DNA of 64,000 nucleotides from contig VXMF01000021.1 in NCBI GenBank assembly GCA_009841225.1, forward strand, positions 90,583-154,582, in the 5' to 3' direction. Of this stretch, positions 38,441-50,473 are shown piece after piece. Each line of letters begins with the position of its first letter. Position 1 is the first letter of the stretch. Source of the DNA: Terriglobia bacterium (GTDB taxonomy: Bacteria; Acidobacteriota; Terriglobia; Bryobacterales; UBA6623). A program made the position numbers and the translations under genes. The notes beneath the pieces are model-generated. The model was not told the DNA's origin. It saw only the letters and a list, made by a program, of their open reading frames with translations, and did not search any database.

Positions 38441-41400
38441 GTGATCGTGCGAGTTCCGGCCTCACTGCTGCACATGTTGATCCTCGGCGTGGCCCTAAGC
38501 CCGCTGATGGGGGCAAGCGTGCAGTTCAACCGCGACATTCGCCCGATCCTGTCGGAGAATTGCTTTGCGTGCCATGGCCCGGACGAGGCCAAGCGCATGA
38601 CATCGTTCCGCTTGGACAAGGAACTGGGAGCCGAAACCACACTCAGCGGAGGGCGCAAGGCCGTCGTACCCGGCGATCCGGGCGGCAGCGAGTTGTACCT
38701 GCGCGTGTCCGCTTCAGACCCGACCCGGCGCATGCCCCCGTCGGCCATGGGGCATGACCCGCTCACCGACCGCGAAATCGGCCTGTTGCGGCAGTGGATC
38801 GAGGAGGGCGCCCAGTGGCAGGGACACTGGGCGTTCCTGCCGCCGCTGCGGCCCGCGGTGCCTGCCGTCGAGCACCCCGGCTGGCCTGTCAATCCGGTGG
38901 ACAGCTTCGTCCTGCACCGCATGCGCTCCGAGGGATTGGAGCCATCGGCACCGGCATCAAGGGAAGCCCTGATCCGCAGAGCGAGCCTGGACCTGACGGG
39001 CATGCCCCCGGAACTCGGAGACATCGACACCTTCATGGCAGACGACTCTCCGGACGCCTACGAGACCGTTGTGGACCGGCTCCTGGCGTCGCCCCGCTAT
39101 GCGGAACGGATGGCGATCCGCTGGCTCGACGCCGCGCGCTACGCCGACACGAACGGCTACCAGACCGACGCCGAACGCGACATGTGGCGGTGGCGCGACT
39201 GGGTTATCCAAGCCTTCGATTCCAACAAGCCGTTCGACGAATTCACGATCGAGCAGATCGCGGGCGACATGCTTCCGAACGCCCGCTTGGACCAAATCAT
39301 CGCGACTGGCTTCAATCGCAATCACCGAGGCAATGGCGAGGGAGGCATCGTCGACGCTGAGTACGCGGTGGAGTACGTGGTGGACCGCGTTGACACTACT
39401 TCGACGGTCTGGCTGGGACTGACCGTCGGGTGCGCTCGTTGCCACGACCACAAGTACGACCCGTTCACCCAGACGGAGTACTACGAGCTGTTCGCTTACT
39501 TCAACAACGTGCCGGAGAAGGGCAAAGCGTTCAAGTACGGCAATTCCCCGCCCTTCGTCAAGGCCCCGACTAGCGAGCAGCAGGCCAGCTTGGCCCGGAT
39601 GGACGCAGATCTGGCCGCCGTGCGCGCCGACCGAGACCGTCTCGAGGAGCGTCACGCGAGTGAGCGACCGGAATGGGAGCAAGACCTTGCGAGCGAGCCC
39701 ACCGAGTGGATCGACGGGCTCGACCTCGCTCTCGCTTTCCCCGAAGGCCACGATCTACCCAAGCCAACCGAGCGGGCGTTCGAATCCGGCAGCTTCGCCG
39801 AATTGGGCGACAAGGCCAATTTCGGCTTCCGCGACCGCTTTAGCGTCACTGCGTGGATCCGCCCGGAAGACCCGAACGGGACGATCGTTTCAAGGACCAA
39901 GCACGTCCTGCCGGAAGATGACACGCAGTCCAATCCCGGCTGGGGCTTCTACCTCAAGGACGGAAAGCTGCAGGTCAACCTGGTCAACCGCTGGCTCGAC
40001 GACTGCCTGCGGCTGGAGACGAAGCAGCCAGTCACTATCGGCAAGTGGCAACAAGTGGGCTTCACCTATGACGGCACGCGCTTGGCCTCGGGAGTCCGCA
40101 TCTTCATCGACGGAGAACCGGTCGATCTCAAGGTCATCCGCGATGAAATGAACCAGGAGATCCGCTCGAAGGAGCCGTTGCGCGTAGGTCGTGGCCTAGG
40201 GCTCGACTACCGGGGCAAGCTGCGCCGCCTGTTGGTCTACGGCCGCGCGTTGACCCGCGAGGAGATGCGCATCGCATCTGAAGAGCGCAGCCTCGACGAG
40301 ATCGCGGCGATCCCGGCGACCGACCGCGCTCCGAACCAGTCGCTAAAGCTCGAGCACGCCTATCGCGAAGCGGTGGGCCCGGCCGATCTGACGGCATTGT
40401 CTGCGCGGATCCGAGACTTGGAGCGCGAGCGCGCGCAGTACTTCGACGCCTTGCCGACGGTGATGGTGATGCAAGAGGCGTCACCCCGGCGCAAGACCTT
40501 CCGCCTGGATCGAGGGGCATACGACGCACCCGCCGAGCAAGTGCAGCCGGGTCTGCCCGCAGCCCTGTCAACCTCGGACGCGAGCGACCGGCTGGGCTTC
40601 GCCCGCTGGCTGGTGTCCCGCGACAATCCCCTGACAGCGCGCGTAACCGTCAACCGCGTCTGGCAGATGCTGTGGGGCGCTGGCATTGTCAAGACGGTCG
40701 AAGACTTCGGATCGCAGGGCGAATGGCCCACCCACCCCGAATTGCTGGACTGGCTGGCAGTGGACTTCATGGAATCGGGCTGGGACATGAAAGCCTTGGT
40801 CAAGACGATTGTGATGAGCGCGGCCTACCGCCAGTCGTCCCGGCTGCGCCCGGGCGAGGTCGGATCGGACCCGGACAACCGGCTGCTGGCCCGCGGTCCG
40901 CGCCTACGCCTGCCCGCGGAGTCTGTCCGTGACCTTAGCCTCGCCGTCTCCGGCCTGTTGGTCGAAGGGATAGGCGGCCCCTCGGTGCGTCCTTATCAGC
41001 CCGCCGGGCTATGGACCGAGTTGGCCGGCGGTGCCGACTACGACGTGGGGAGCGGCGCCGATCTGTACCGCAGGAGCCTGTACACATTCTGGAAGCGAGC
41101 CGTGCCTCCGCCATCGATGATGCTGTTTGATTCCGCCGGGCGCGAAGCTTGCACGGTGCGGGCCGTACGCACGAATACTCCCTTGCAAGCCCTGAACCGC
41201 ATGAACGATGCCGCCTACATGGAGGCATCGAAAGCACTTGCCGGCAGGGCGTTGCGCGAAGCGGGCGCCGGGCGTGACCAGCGCTTGGGCTACATGTTCC
41301 GCCTAGCGACCTCGCGGCACCCCAGCGAGCAGGAGACGCAGGTCTTGTCGTCCGGATTCAACCACCACTTGGATCGCTTCCGCAGCGATCCCAAGGCGGC

Positions 41401-41521
41401 GACCGCGCTGTTGGGAGAGCAACCCAGGCACACCGGCGAAGTGTCGCAACCCGAAGCGGCGGCGTACACAATGATGGCCAGCTTGGTGCTGAACCTAGAC
41501 GAGACGATCACGCGAGAGTAG
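38441..41521 (+). CDS. PSD1/planctomycete cytochrome c protein (DUF1549 + DUF1553) with an inserted LamG domain
   Basis: VQFNRDIRPILSENCFACHG; NPVDSF; LIRRASLDLTG; WLDAARYADTNG; CARCHDHKYDP; PTHPELLDWLA; TNTPLQAL; LamG-like FSVTAWIRP, WQQVGFTYDG, RIFIDG at about 39780-40270. Confidence 0.92.
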   Translation: MIVRVPASLLHMLILGVALSPLMGASVQFNRDIRPILSENCFACHGPDEAKRMTSFRLDKELGAETTLSGGRKAVVPGDPGGSELYLRVSASDPTRRMPPSAMGHDPLTDREIGLLRQWIEEGAQWQGHWAFLPPLRPAVPAVEHPGWPVNPVDSFVLHRMRSEGLEPSAPASREALIRRASLDLTGMPPELGDIDTFMADDSPDAYETVVDRLLASPRYAERMAIRWLDAARYADTNGYQTDAERDMWRWRDWVIQAFDSNKPFDEFTIEQIAGDMLPNARLDQIIATGFNRNHRGNGEGGIVDAEYAVEYVVDRVDTTSTVWLGLTVGCARCHDHKYDPFTQTEYYELFAYFNNVPEKGKAFKYGNSPPFVKAPTSEQQASLARMDADLAAVRADRDRLEERHASERPEWEQDLASEPTEWIDGLDLALAFPEGHDLPKPTERAFESGSFAELGDKANFGFRDRFSVTAWIRPEDPNGTIVSRTKHVLPEDDTQSNPGWGFYLKDGKLQVNLVNRWLDDCLRLETKQPVTIGKWQQVGFTYDGTRLASGVRIFIDGEPVDLKVIRDEMNQEIRSKEPLRVGRGLGLDYRGKLRRLLVYGRALTREEMRIASEERSLDEIAAIPATDRAPNQSLKLEHAYREAVGPADLTALSARIRDLERERAQYFDALPTVMVMQEASPRRKTFRLDRGAYDAPAEQVQPGLPAALSTSDASDRLGFARWLVSRDNPLTARVTVNRVWQMLWGAGIVKTVEDFGSQGEWPTHPELLDWLAVDFMESGWDMKALVKTIVMSAAYRQSSRLRPGEVGSDPDNRLLARGPRLRLPAESVRDLSLAVSGLLVEGIGGPSVRPYQPAGLWTELAGGADYDVGSGADLYRRSLYTFWKRAVPPPSMMLFDSAGREACTVRAVRTNTPLQALNRMNDAAYMEASKALAGRALREAGAGRDQRLGYMFRLATSRHPSEQETQVLSSGFNHHLDRFRSDPKAATALLGEQPRHTGEVSQPEAAAYTMMASLVLNLDETITRE

Positions 41522-41750
41522 GGCTCCCCACGAACAGTTTCCGCAGCCCCTGTGGTCGTGGCCACGCATCCGCGTTCGAGGCAGGGCGCTGACGCCGGTC
41601 CGCCCTGATCGGCGACGCACACTCGCGCTCGCCTCGCTAGGTTCGATCGGACGGTTGTCCAGGCTGCAGTGAGGTTGGCAATCCTCGCGACCTCGTTGTA
41701 CCGTGGGCACCGTCCGGACCGAAGGCCACATCGGGTCGAGCACCCGAAGA

Positions 41751-42143
41751 ATGACCATGCAGACGAAGCACCTTCCTGAATCCTACGACGCGCTGGCCCC
41801 AGACGGCTCGGAGATTCGAGTCCTTGCGGCCACGGCCAGCGGCAGCATGGCGCACTGCTCTCTGCCTCCGGGGCGAACCTCGGTGGCGGTGGCGCACAGA
41901 ACGGTGGAAGAGGTCTGGTACTTCCTTGCCGGCACGGGCGAGGTCTGGCGCAAGCTCGGCGAGCGGGAGGTGGTCATCGAAGTTTCGCTTGGCACTTCTC
42001 TCGCAATCCCCCTCGGCACTCACTTCCAGTTCAGAAACACCGGAAATACACCGCTGGAGTTTCTCCTAACCACGATTCCTCCTTGGCCGGGCGACGACGA
42101 AGCCTACCGTGTCCCTGGCCTGTGGCCAACAGGAGGCGATTGA
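41751..42143 (+). CDS. Cupin domain protein (mannose-6-phosphate isomerase-like)
   Basis: H..VEEVWYFLAG.GEVWR, IP.GTHFQFRNTG..PL cupin motifs. Confidence 0.85.
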   Translation: MTMQTKHLPESYDALAPDGSEIRVLAATASGSMAHCSLPPGRTSVAVAHRTVEEVWYFLAGTGEVWRKLGEREVVIEVSLGTSLAIPLGTHFQFRNTGNTPLEFLLTTIPPWPGDDEAYRVPGLWPTGGD

Positions 42144-42355
42144 TCCCTTAGCGGACCAATTGGCAAGACACTCCGGCACCGCGTCACGTGATCCGCTTGT
42201 CGAGGTTGACTCTAGCGTGCACGGATCAGAGCGGAGAGCCTGACGCCGCGGCAAGCGGAAACCAGCGCCTAGGGCAGTCCCCGGTGTCCCGCCACAGCTG
42301 AACGCTCTACCTCGACCGCCGGCATCGAGCGTATAATGGACGCGGATTCGAGACC

Positions 42356-43786
<1,431 letters not shown>

Positions 43787-43830
43787 CGGCGAGACCGCCC
43801 GACAGTCCCGCCCCTCGATTGAAGCGCCCG

Positions 43831-44067
43831 ATGCAACGCATCCTTGCCCTTCTCGCTGTAGTCGTCTTCGCGGCACTGCACCAAGATTTCTGGCTGTGGG
43901 ACGACGCCAGGCTGGTCTTCGGGTTCCTGCCATCCGGCCTGGCCTATCACGCGGCGTATTCGGTGGCCACTGCCGGAGTATGGCTGTTAATCGTGCGCTA
44001 CGCCTGGCCGGCAGGGCTGGATGAGACAGCGGATTCGCGAGAAGGGACAGGGGAACGAGCGCAGTGA
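43831..44067 (+). CDS. Small membrane protein partner of the sodium:solute symporter (DUF3311-like)
   Basis: LHQDFW.W....L.FGFLP.GL.YH pattern; overlaps the symporter start. Confidence 0.75.
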   Translation: MQRILALLAVVVFAALHQDFWLWDDARLVFGFLPSGLAYHAAYSVATAGVWLLIVRYAWPAGLDETADSREGTGERAQ

Positions 44068-45596
44068 CGCAATTTGGCATCATCTGCGCCTATCTCTGCG
44101 TCCTGATCGGCCTCGGCTTTCTGAGCAACCGTTCGTTCCGGGGAACGGCCCAAGACTTCTTCCTCGCAAGCCGCACCATCGGGCCGACACTGCTGCTGCT
44201 GTCCGTCTTCGGCACGGCCATGACAGCCTTTTCGCTGGTGGGCAGCACTGGCGAAGCCTACCGCAGCGGCATCGGAGTGTACGGGCTGATGGCCTCCTCT
44301 TCCGGCATCGTCCATACGGCGGTGTTCTACTTTGCAGGCCTGCGGCTGTGGTCCTTCGGCGCCCGCTACGGCTATACCACCCAGATCCAGTTCTTTCGCG
44401 ACAGGTTTGAGAGTCGGGCGCTCGGGCTGCTCCTGTTCCCTGTTTTGGTCGGCTTGGTCATCCCGTACGTGCTGATCGGACTGCTCGGCGCCGGAAGCTT
44501 GGTGCAAGCGTTGACGCAGGGCGCATTCCCGCAGCTGTTCGCATCCACCGGGGGGGCCGTGCCGCCATGGCTGACCGGGTTGGGGATCGCGGGCGTGGTG
44601 TTGTTGTACGTGTTCGTTGGAGGGTTGCGCGGGGCCGCTTGGGCCAACGCGCTCCAGGCGGGCGTGTTTATCGTGACCGGGATCGCTACGTTCGTAGTGA
44701 TCGCGCCCAAGCTCGGCGGGGTTGCAGCTGCGACGGAGGCTGTGCTGGCGGTCCATCCCGACAAGCTCACCCGGACTGAGAACTTCGGCCAGCTGCACTT
44801 CTTCAGCTACTGCTTCATCCCGCTGTCGATCGGAATGTTCCCCCACGTCTACCAGCACTGGCTGACCGCAAAGTCGGCGAAGTCATTCAAGCCGCTGCTG
44901 GTGCTACACCCTGTCTGCACGATGCTTGTTTGGCTGCCCTGCGTCCTTATCGGCGTCTGGGCCACTGCGGCGGTGTTGCCCGACGGCACGTCGATCATCG
45001 CTCCGGACTCGCCCGTCAACAGCGAGCTGGGCGCCATGGTGGGCGCGCTTACCACTCCAGTGCTGGGCGGCCTGCTCGGCGCGGGCATCCTGGCGGCCGT
45101 CATGTCCTCGCTCGACTCCCAGTTCCTTGCGATCGGCTCAATGGTCACGAACGATATCGCAATAGACTTGCTCGGCAAGGGACGCCTCGACGACCGCGCC
45201 AAGGTTCGGCTGGGCCGACTGGTCGTGATCGGCATCGCCGCGGCAGCGTACTTGTGCTCGCTGGCCGAGCCGCGCAGCGTCTTCACGCTCGGCGTCTGGT
45301 GCTTCAGCGGCTACTCGGCACTGTTCCCGGTGGCGGTGGCCGCGATCTACTGGCGCCGGGCCACGGCCGCCGGAGCGATCGCGGCAGTGCTCACAACGGT
45401 TGCTGTCGGCTGGGCGTTCTTCCACGCCGGCGGCTACGGCAGCGATCCCGGGTATCTCTTCATAGGTATGCTTCCGGTTGTGCCGATGGTGGCGGCCTCG
45501 ACACTGGCGTTGGTGGGAGTCTCGCTCGCGACTGCCCCGCCGTCAGAGAGCACGCTGGCCAAGTTCTTCCGCTCTTCCGGGTCACGCCAAGCCTAG
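44064..45596 (+). CDS. Sodium:solute symporter family protein
   Basis: DFFLASR.IGP, SVFGTAMTAFSLVG, GILAAVMSSLDSQ; about 13 TM helices. Confidence 0.92.
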   Translation: MTQFGIICAYLCVLIGLGFLSNRSFRGTAQDFFLASRTIGPTLLLLSVFGTAMTAFSLVGSTGEAYRSGIGVYGLMASSSGIVHTAVFYFAGLRLWSFGARYGYTTQIQFFRDRFESRALGLLLFPVLVGLVIPYVLIGLLGAGSLVQALTQGAFPQLFASTGGAVPPWLTGLGIAGVVLLYVFVGGLRGAAWANALQAGVFIVTGIATFVVIAPKLGGVAAATEAVLAVHPDKLTRTENFGQLHFFSYCFIPLSIGMFPHVYQHWLTAKSAKSFKPLLVLHPVCTMLVWLPCVLIGVWATAAVLPDGTSIIAPDSPVNSELGAMVGALTTPVLGGLLGAGILAAVMSSLDSQFLAIGSMVTNDIAIDLLGKGRLDDRAKVRLGRLVVIGIAAAAYLCSLAEPRSVFTLGVWCFSGYSALFPVAVAAIYWRRATAAGAIAAVLTTVAVGWAFFHAGGYGSDPGYLFIGMLPVVPMVAASTLALVGVSLATAPPSESTLAKFFRSSGSRQA

Positions 45597-45720
45597 AGCA
45601 CCCCGCACCGGCGCACGAGCGGCTTGCCTGAGGCCGGAAGAAGCCCTGCGAGCCAAGCGGGCTAGACTGGACTGCAAGCGCCCGCCGGCTCCGGCGTTTG
45701 CGCTGCCGGCCCTGAATGCC

Positions 45721-46980
45721 GTGAGGATCACCTACATCACTGCTGGCGCGGCTGGCACGATCTGCGGCAACTGCTTGCGGGACAACGCTCTCGCCGCGGC
45801 TCTGAAGAAGGTTGGCCACGATGTCGTGCTGTTGCCAGCCTACACACCGTTGCTGACCGACGAGGAAGATGTCAGCGAGCCGCGCGTAGTATTGAGCGGG
45901 GTCAACCTCTACCTGCAGAGCAAATTGAAGTTGGCCCGTTCGATCGGCCTGCTCGACCCCCTCCTCGACCACCCGCGCCTGCTGCGGTGGGCATCGAGTT
46001 TCGCAGTGGAGACGAACCCCGCACAGCTCGGAGAAATGACGCGGGACACGTTTCTCGGCGATCGAGGGCCGTACCGGCGGGAGATCCGCAAGCTTCTGGG
46101 CGTGCTGCGGGACTTGCAGCCCGACGTCGTTCACTTGACCAACTCCATGCTGGCTTCGGTAGCGGCTCCAATCAAGCGCCATCTGGGCGTGCCAGTCGTT
46201 TGCTCCCTGCAAGGAGAGGCCGACTTCCTAGCCGGCTTGCCGGAGCCGAGGCGGAGCGAATGCTACGACCTGCTGCGCGAGCACGCGGCCCAAGTGGACA
46301 GTTGGATCGCGCCCTGCCGCGACCAAGTCGAAGCCATGCGTGCTGCTCTCGGCGTAGCAGCCGAGGAGTTCGAGACCATCCTGCCGGGCATCTCAACAGA
46401 CGGATACGGCCTGGCGAGAGTCCGCTCGGAGAATCGCTTCGTCATTGGCTTCCTCGCTCGGATTTCCGAAGAGAAGGGATTGAGCGTTCTGGCCCGCGCC
46501 GTCGACGTCTTGCGCAAGAGGCATCCCGGGCGGGCAATCGAGCTACGCGTAGCGGGCTGGCGAGCCGACACCAAGCAATCCTACATCGATGGATTGCGCG
46601 GGCAGTACGGCTTCGACGACCTAGGGTATTTGCACCGGGATGAGAAGATCGCGTTCCTAAAAGGGCTGGACGCATTTTCCGTCCCGGCGACCTACCGGGC
46701 GTCGAAGGGCCTCTACGTCTTGGAAGCCCTTGCTGCCGGGGTTCCCGTAGTGCAGCCACGCATCGGCGTGTTTCCAGAATTGCTCGACATGACAGGTGGC
46801 GGGCTCTCCTGCACGCCAGGTGACAGCGAGGATCTGGCGGCCAAGCTTGAAACACTGATGACGGACGCCGCGTCCGCGAGCCAATTGGGGCATTCGGGCC
46901 GCGGCAAGCTGCACACCCACGGCACGGCCGAGCGCATGGCCGGCCAAACCTTGGCGGTATACGAGCAGCTGTTGGGCTGA
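45721..46980 (+). CDS. Glycosyltransferase family 4 (GT-B)
   Basis: GFLARISEEKGL, GLYVLEALAAGVPVVQP C-terminal GT4 motifs; N-terminal ITAGAAGTICGNCLRDN. Start placed at GTG 45721. Confidence 0.88.
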   Translation: MRITYITAGAAGTICGNCLRDNALAAALKKVGHDVVLLPAYTPLLTDEEDVSEPRVVLSGVNLYLQSKLKLARSIGLLDPLLDHPRLLRWASSFAVETNPAQLGEMTRDTFLGDRGPYRREIRKLLGVLRDLQPDVVHLTNSMLASVAAPIKRHLGVPVVCSLQGEADFLAGLPEPRRSECYDLLREHAAQVDSWIAPCRDQVEAMRAALGVAAEEFETILPGISTDGYGLARVRSENRFVIGFLARISEEKGLSVLARAVDVLRKRHPGRAIELRVAGWRADTKQSYIDGLRGQYGFDDLGYLHRDEKIAFLKGLDAFSVPATYRASKGLYVLEALAAGVPVVQPRIGVFPELLDMTGGGLSCTPGDSEDLAAKLETLMTDAASASQLGHSGRGKLHTHGTAERMAGQTLAVYEQLLG

Positions 46981-46986
46981 GAGCGC

Positions 46987-47676
46987 CTAGAACAGCACCG
47001 TCAGATCGGCAAAGCGCTCCACCGTCCGGAAGCGTTCGTGGGACTCCGGCACGGCCTGGATCTCAAGCGACCAAGTGCTCCGATTCGGCACCAACACTGC
47101 TCCCAGCCCAGCTTCGAGGGCCGGATTGATATCGGACTTGGGGCTGTTGCCGATCATCCATGTGGTCGCTGGGTCAGCGCCGATCTGCCTGACCAGGGTC
47201 CGATAGCATTCAACATCCTTCTCGGGCACGGTGGCGACAGGCTCGAAGAAGCCCGCAAGACCCGAGCGTTCCAGCTTGGTGTGCTGCTCCTCAGGATCTC
47301 CCTTGGTCAGCAAGGCCAGACGGTACCGTTGGCGAAGTTCTGCGAGCGTGTTGACCACGCCGGGCAGCAGTTCGATCTCGCCGCTGCTGATCCTGTCTGT
47401 CATTCCGACGATTCGGCGGCGCTGCTCTTCGCTGGCCGGTCGGCCTCGCAGCGTTTCGAAGCACTCCACCAAGTTGAGGGCGAAGTTCTTCGTGCCGTAG
47501 CCACGAAGCTTGATGTTGCGACTCTCGATCTCATCGAGCCGTTGACGCACCGCGACCGGCGAGAGGCGCGGATGGTCCAAGTACCGTATGAACTCCGAGA
47601 TCGCGTGCTCGAAGTAGATGTTGTTTTCCCACAGCGTGTCGTCGGCGTCGCAAATGAGCCAGGGAACGCTCGCCAC
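46987..47676 (-). CDS. HAD family hydrolase
   Basis: Motif I LICDADDTLW, motif II LLTKGD, K, motif IV MIGNSPKSDI. Start estimated at GTG 47676. Confidence 0.88.
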   Translation of the reverse strand: MASVPWLICDADDTLWENNIYFEHAISEFIRYLDHPRLSPVAVRQRLDEIESRNIKLRGYGTKNFALNLVECFETLRGRPASEEQRRRIVGMTDRISSGEIELLPGVVNTLAELRQRYRLALLTKGDPEEQHTKLERSGLAGFFEPVATVPEKDVECYRTLVRQIGADPATTWMIGNSPKSDINPALEAGLGAVLVPNRSTWSLEIQAVPESHERFRTVERFADLTVLF

Positions 47677-47826
47677 CGAACCAGTATCCGATATGTGTCG
47701 GGTAGGCCTGCGAAGATGGCTCGGAGCGCCGAAGATTGCGAGGGGGGCAAGTCCGGGGCGGGCCGGGACCGCGCGTGACATCGCGCGCAGCGAGGCGCCG
47801 AATCAAGGCTGCTATCCGGGTCCGGG

Positions 47827-48366
47827 CTAATAGAAGAGATACTTGCGCCAGTTCTCTTGGTGGTTGCCCATCTGCCGCATGAGACTGCGGCTGGTGTGCA
47901 GGTTGAACGGCTTCGGCTGCCGCTGCAGCTTCATCTGCGCCTCGACCGGCAAGCGGTCTCCCTTGCGGTTGTTGCAGCGCAAACAGCAGGCGACCAAGTT
48001 CTCCCAAGTGTTGTTGCCCCCGCGCGACCGCGGGACGACGTGATCCAACGTGAGGTCGCCCGTGCCGAACTGCCTGTTGCAGTACTGGCAGGTGTGCTGG
48101 TCCCGAATCAGGATGTTCTTGCGCGAGATCGCACGCATCTGGCGGGGGATGCGGCGGTACTCCAGCAGGCGGATCACGGAGGGAACGGCCAGGCTCTGGG
48201 ACGGAGAGTGCACGCGGCCCTCGCCAGATTCCTCCGTGGCCGCCATCCCCTTGACGAGCAGGATCAGGGCGCGCCGCACCGCGCAGACATGGATCGGCTC
48301 GTAGCTGGCGTTCAAGACCAGCACCGGCCGCCGGAGCGGATTGACCTTGGAGTGCTCGCGGATCAC
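47827..48366 (-). CDS. HNH endonuclease (McrA-like housekeeping family)
   Basis: PVLVLNASYEP, PSVIRL, NILIRDQHTCQYC, LTLDHVVPRSRGG, WENLVACC..CN..KG. Start estimated at GTG 48366. Confidence 0.9.
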   Translation of the reverse strand: MIREHSKVNPLRRPVLVLNASYEPIHVCAVRRALILLVKGMAATEESGEGRVHSPSQSLAVPSVIRLLEYRRIPRQMRAISRKNILIRDQHTCQYCNRQFGTGDLTLDHVVPRSRGGNNTWENLVACCLRCNNRKGDRLPVEAQMKLQRQPKPFNLHTSRSLMRQMGNHQENWRKYLFY

Positions 48367-48530
48367 GCCGCACCCCCCGGCCAGCCCGTTTGCGCTAGCG
48401 ACAGCCGATGCAGACCGACGCCGGGCATCCCCGCGAGATCGGGCGCACCGGGACACCGGACGGCGCACACGCCGCGTCCACGCCGCAGTTGCGGCCGGAA
48501 TGTTCGATTAGCCCTTCGACTGGGGAAAGC

Positions 48531-48899
48531 TCACCTCTCGCCAGATGACCCGATTTCGCTCTCAACCTCTTGCTGGCAATCTCGGCAGTAGCGGGTCCAC
48601 GGCACGGCTTCGAGCCGCTTGAGGTTGACCGCCCGCCCGCATTCTTCACAAATACCAAATTCTCCGGTGTCAAGTCGGATCAGGGCGTCTTTGACCAATA
48701 TCAGCTGCTCGCGCAAGCTGAATCCCTGAGCGCTGAGGAAGTCCCGGTTGGAAGCCGCGGCCGCTTCCTCTCCTTCGTCGCCGCCGACCGTCTCGCCAAT
48801 GGCACGGCTCGCGTCCGCAGTCTTGGCTAGCGTCGCGGTGAGCTGGTCGCGCTTCAACTCGAGAACTTTCCTCAGTCCTGCAAGTCGCTTGGGGTGCAT
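48531..48899 (-). CDS. TraR/DksA family C4 zinc-finger protein
   Basis: AL.RL..GEFGICEECG....KRLEAVPWTRYCRDC. Start placed at MHPKR. Confidence 0.88.
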   Translation of the reverse strand: MHPKRLAGLRKVLELKRDQLTATLAKTADASRAIGETVGGDEGEEAAAASNRDFLSAQGFSLREQLILVKDALIRLDTGEFGICEECGRAVNLKRLEAVPWTRYCRDCQQEVESEIGSSGER

Positions 48900-49066
48900 G
48901 ATCGCTGGGACTTGGTCACAGAGGCCGAACAGTGGGCCGCTAGCGAGCGCTGTCGATTCCGTAATTCTATTTGCGCCCCGATACGCTGTCAAGATGGCCC
49001 GGGCGCTCATCCGGGGCGCCCCGGCGGCGGGCGGCGCCCACCTCCGCCTGGGCTAGACTAGAGCCT

Positions 49067-50455
49067 GTGACAAAGCCACGCACTCTATACGAGAAGGTCT
49101 GGGATTCACACGTGGTCACCCACGAGGCCGGAGCGCCGGCCGTGCTCTACATCGACCTCCATCTCGTGCACGAGGTGACCTCGCCGCAGGCCTTTCAGGG
49201 CCTGCGCGACCGAGGAATCAAGGTCCGCCGCCCCGATCGCACCCAGGCGACGATGGACCACAGTATCCCGACGCAGAACCAAGCCCTGCCGATCATGGAT
49301 CCGATCGCTGCGAAGCAGGTCGAGCAGCTGCGCATCAACTGCCGCGAATTCGAGGTCCCGCTGGCCGACCTCGGGGACGAGTCGCAGGGGATCGTCCACG
49401 TGATCGGGCCGGAATTGGGCCTGACCCGACCCGGCATCACGGTGGTCTGCGGGGACAGCCACACTTCCACGCACGGCGCGTTCGGCGCTCTGGCCTTCGG
49501 CATCGGTACCACGGAGGTCGAGCATGTGCTCGCCACGCAGTGCTTGCTGCAGCACCGCTCCAAGACTTGCGAAGTACGCTTCGCCGGCCGCGTCGCGGAC
49601 GGCGTCGTGGCCAAGGACCTCATTCTGGCGCTCATCGCGGAGATCGGCATCGGCGGGGGCACCGGCTACGTGCTGGAATACACCGGCGAGGCGATCCGCT
49701 CGCTCTCGATGGAGGGCCGCATGACTGTGTGCAACATGTCGATCGAGGGCGGTGCCCGCGCCGGCATGGTCGCCCCGGACGAGACAACGTACGGGTTTCT
49801 TGCCGACAAGCCGACCGTCCCCAAGGGTGCCGAGTGGGACGCCGCAGTGGCGCGCTGGCGGAAGCTTCCCTCCGACAACGGTGCCGTCTACGATCGCACC
49901 GTCGAGATCGACGCCGCCGGGCTCGAGCCGATGATCACGTGGGGCACCAATCCGGGGATGGGAGTACGCGTGAGCCAGCCCGTGCCCGAGCCGAACGGCA
50001 ACGCGAGCGTACGCAAGGCCCTCGACTATATGCGCTTGGAGCCGGGCAAGCCACTGATCGGGCAGCCCGTCGACGTCGTGTTCATTGGCAGCTGCACCAA
50101 CTCGCGCATCACCGATCTGCGCCAGGCCGCTGGTCTCCTGCAAGGGCGCAGGGTCAATCCGCGGGTCCGCATGATGGTCGTGCCCGGCTCGGAAAGAATC
50201 CGGGCGCAAGCCGAAGCGGAAGGCCTTGCGGATATCTTCCGTGCCGCCGGGGCGGACTGGCGCCAGGCCGGCTGCAGCATGTGCATTGCGATGAACGGCG
50301 ACCAGCTCGACAGCGGCCAGTACTGCGTTTCCACCAGCAACCGCAATTTCGAAGGTCGGCAGGGCAAGGGCGGGCGGACCTTCCTAGCCAGCCCGCTGAC
50401 CGCTGCTGCCACGGCGGTCGAGGGCTCGGTCGCGGACCCCCGACGCTACCTGTAG
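49067..50455 (+). CDS. leuC: 3-isopropylmalate dehydratase large subunit
   Basis: [61 protein letters not shown] start at 49067. Confidence 0.97.
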   Translation: MTKPRTLYEKVWDSHVVTHEAGAPAVLYIDLHLVHEVTSPQAFQGLRDRGIKVRRPDRTQATMDHSIPTQNQALPIMDPIAAKQVEQLRINCREFEVPLADLGDESQGIVHVIGPELGLTRPGITVVCGDSHTSTHGAFGALAFGIGTTEVEHVLATQCLLQHRSKTCEVRFAGRVADGVVAKDLILALIAEIGIGGGTGYVLEYTGEAIRSLSMEGRMTVCNMSIEGGARAGMVAPDETTYGFLADKPTVPKGAEWDAAVARWRKLPSDNGAVYDRTVEIDAAGLEPMITWGTNPGMGVRVSQPVPEPNGNASVRKALDYMRLEPGKPLIGQPVDVVFIGSCTNSRITDLRQAAGLLQGRRVNPRVRMMVVPGSERIRAQAEAEGLADIFRAAGADWRQAGCSMCIAMNGDQLDSGQYCVSTSNRNFEGRQGKGGRTFLASPLTAAATAVEGSVADPRRYL

Positions 50456-50473
50456 CACATCAGGAGAGAACCC

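Noticed and set aside
47827-48366. HNH endonuclease as a homing, defence or CRISPR nuclease
   Set aside because: It matches the widespread stand-alone McrA-like family. There is no methylase, intron, repeat array or cas gene nearby.
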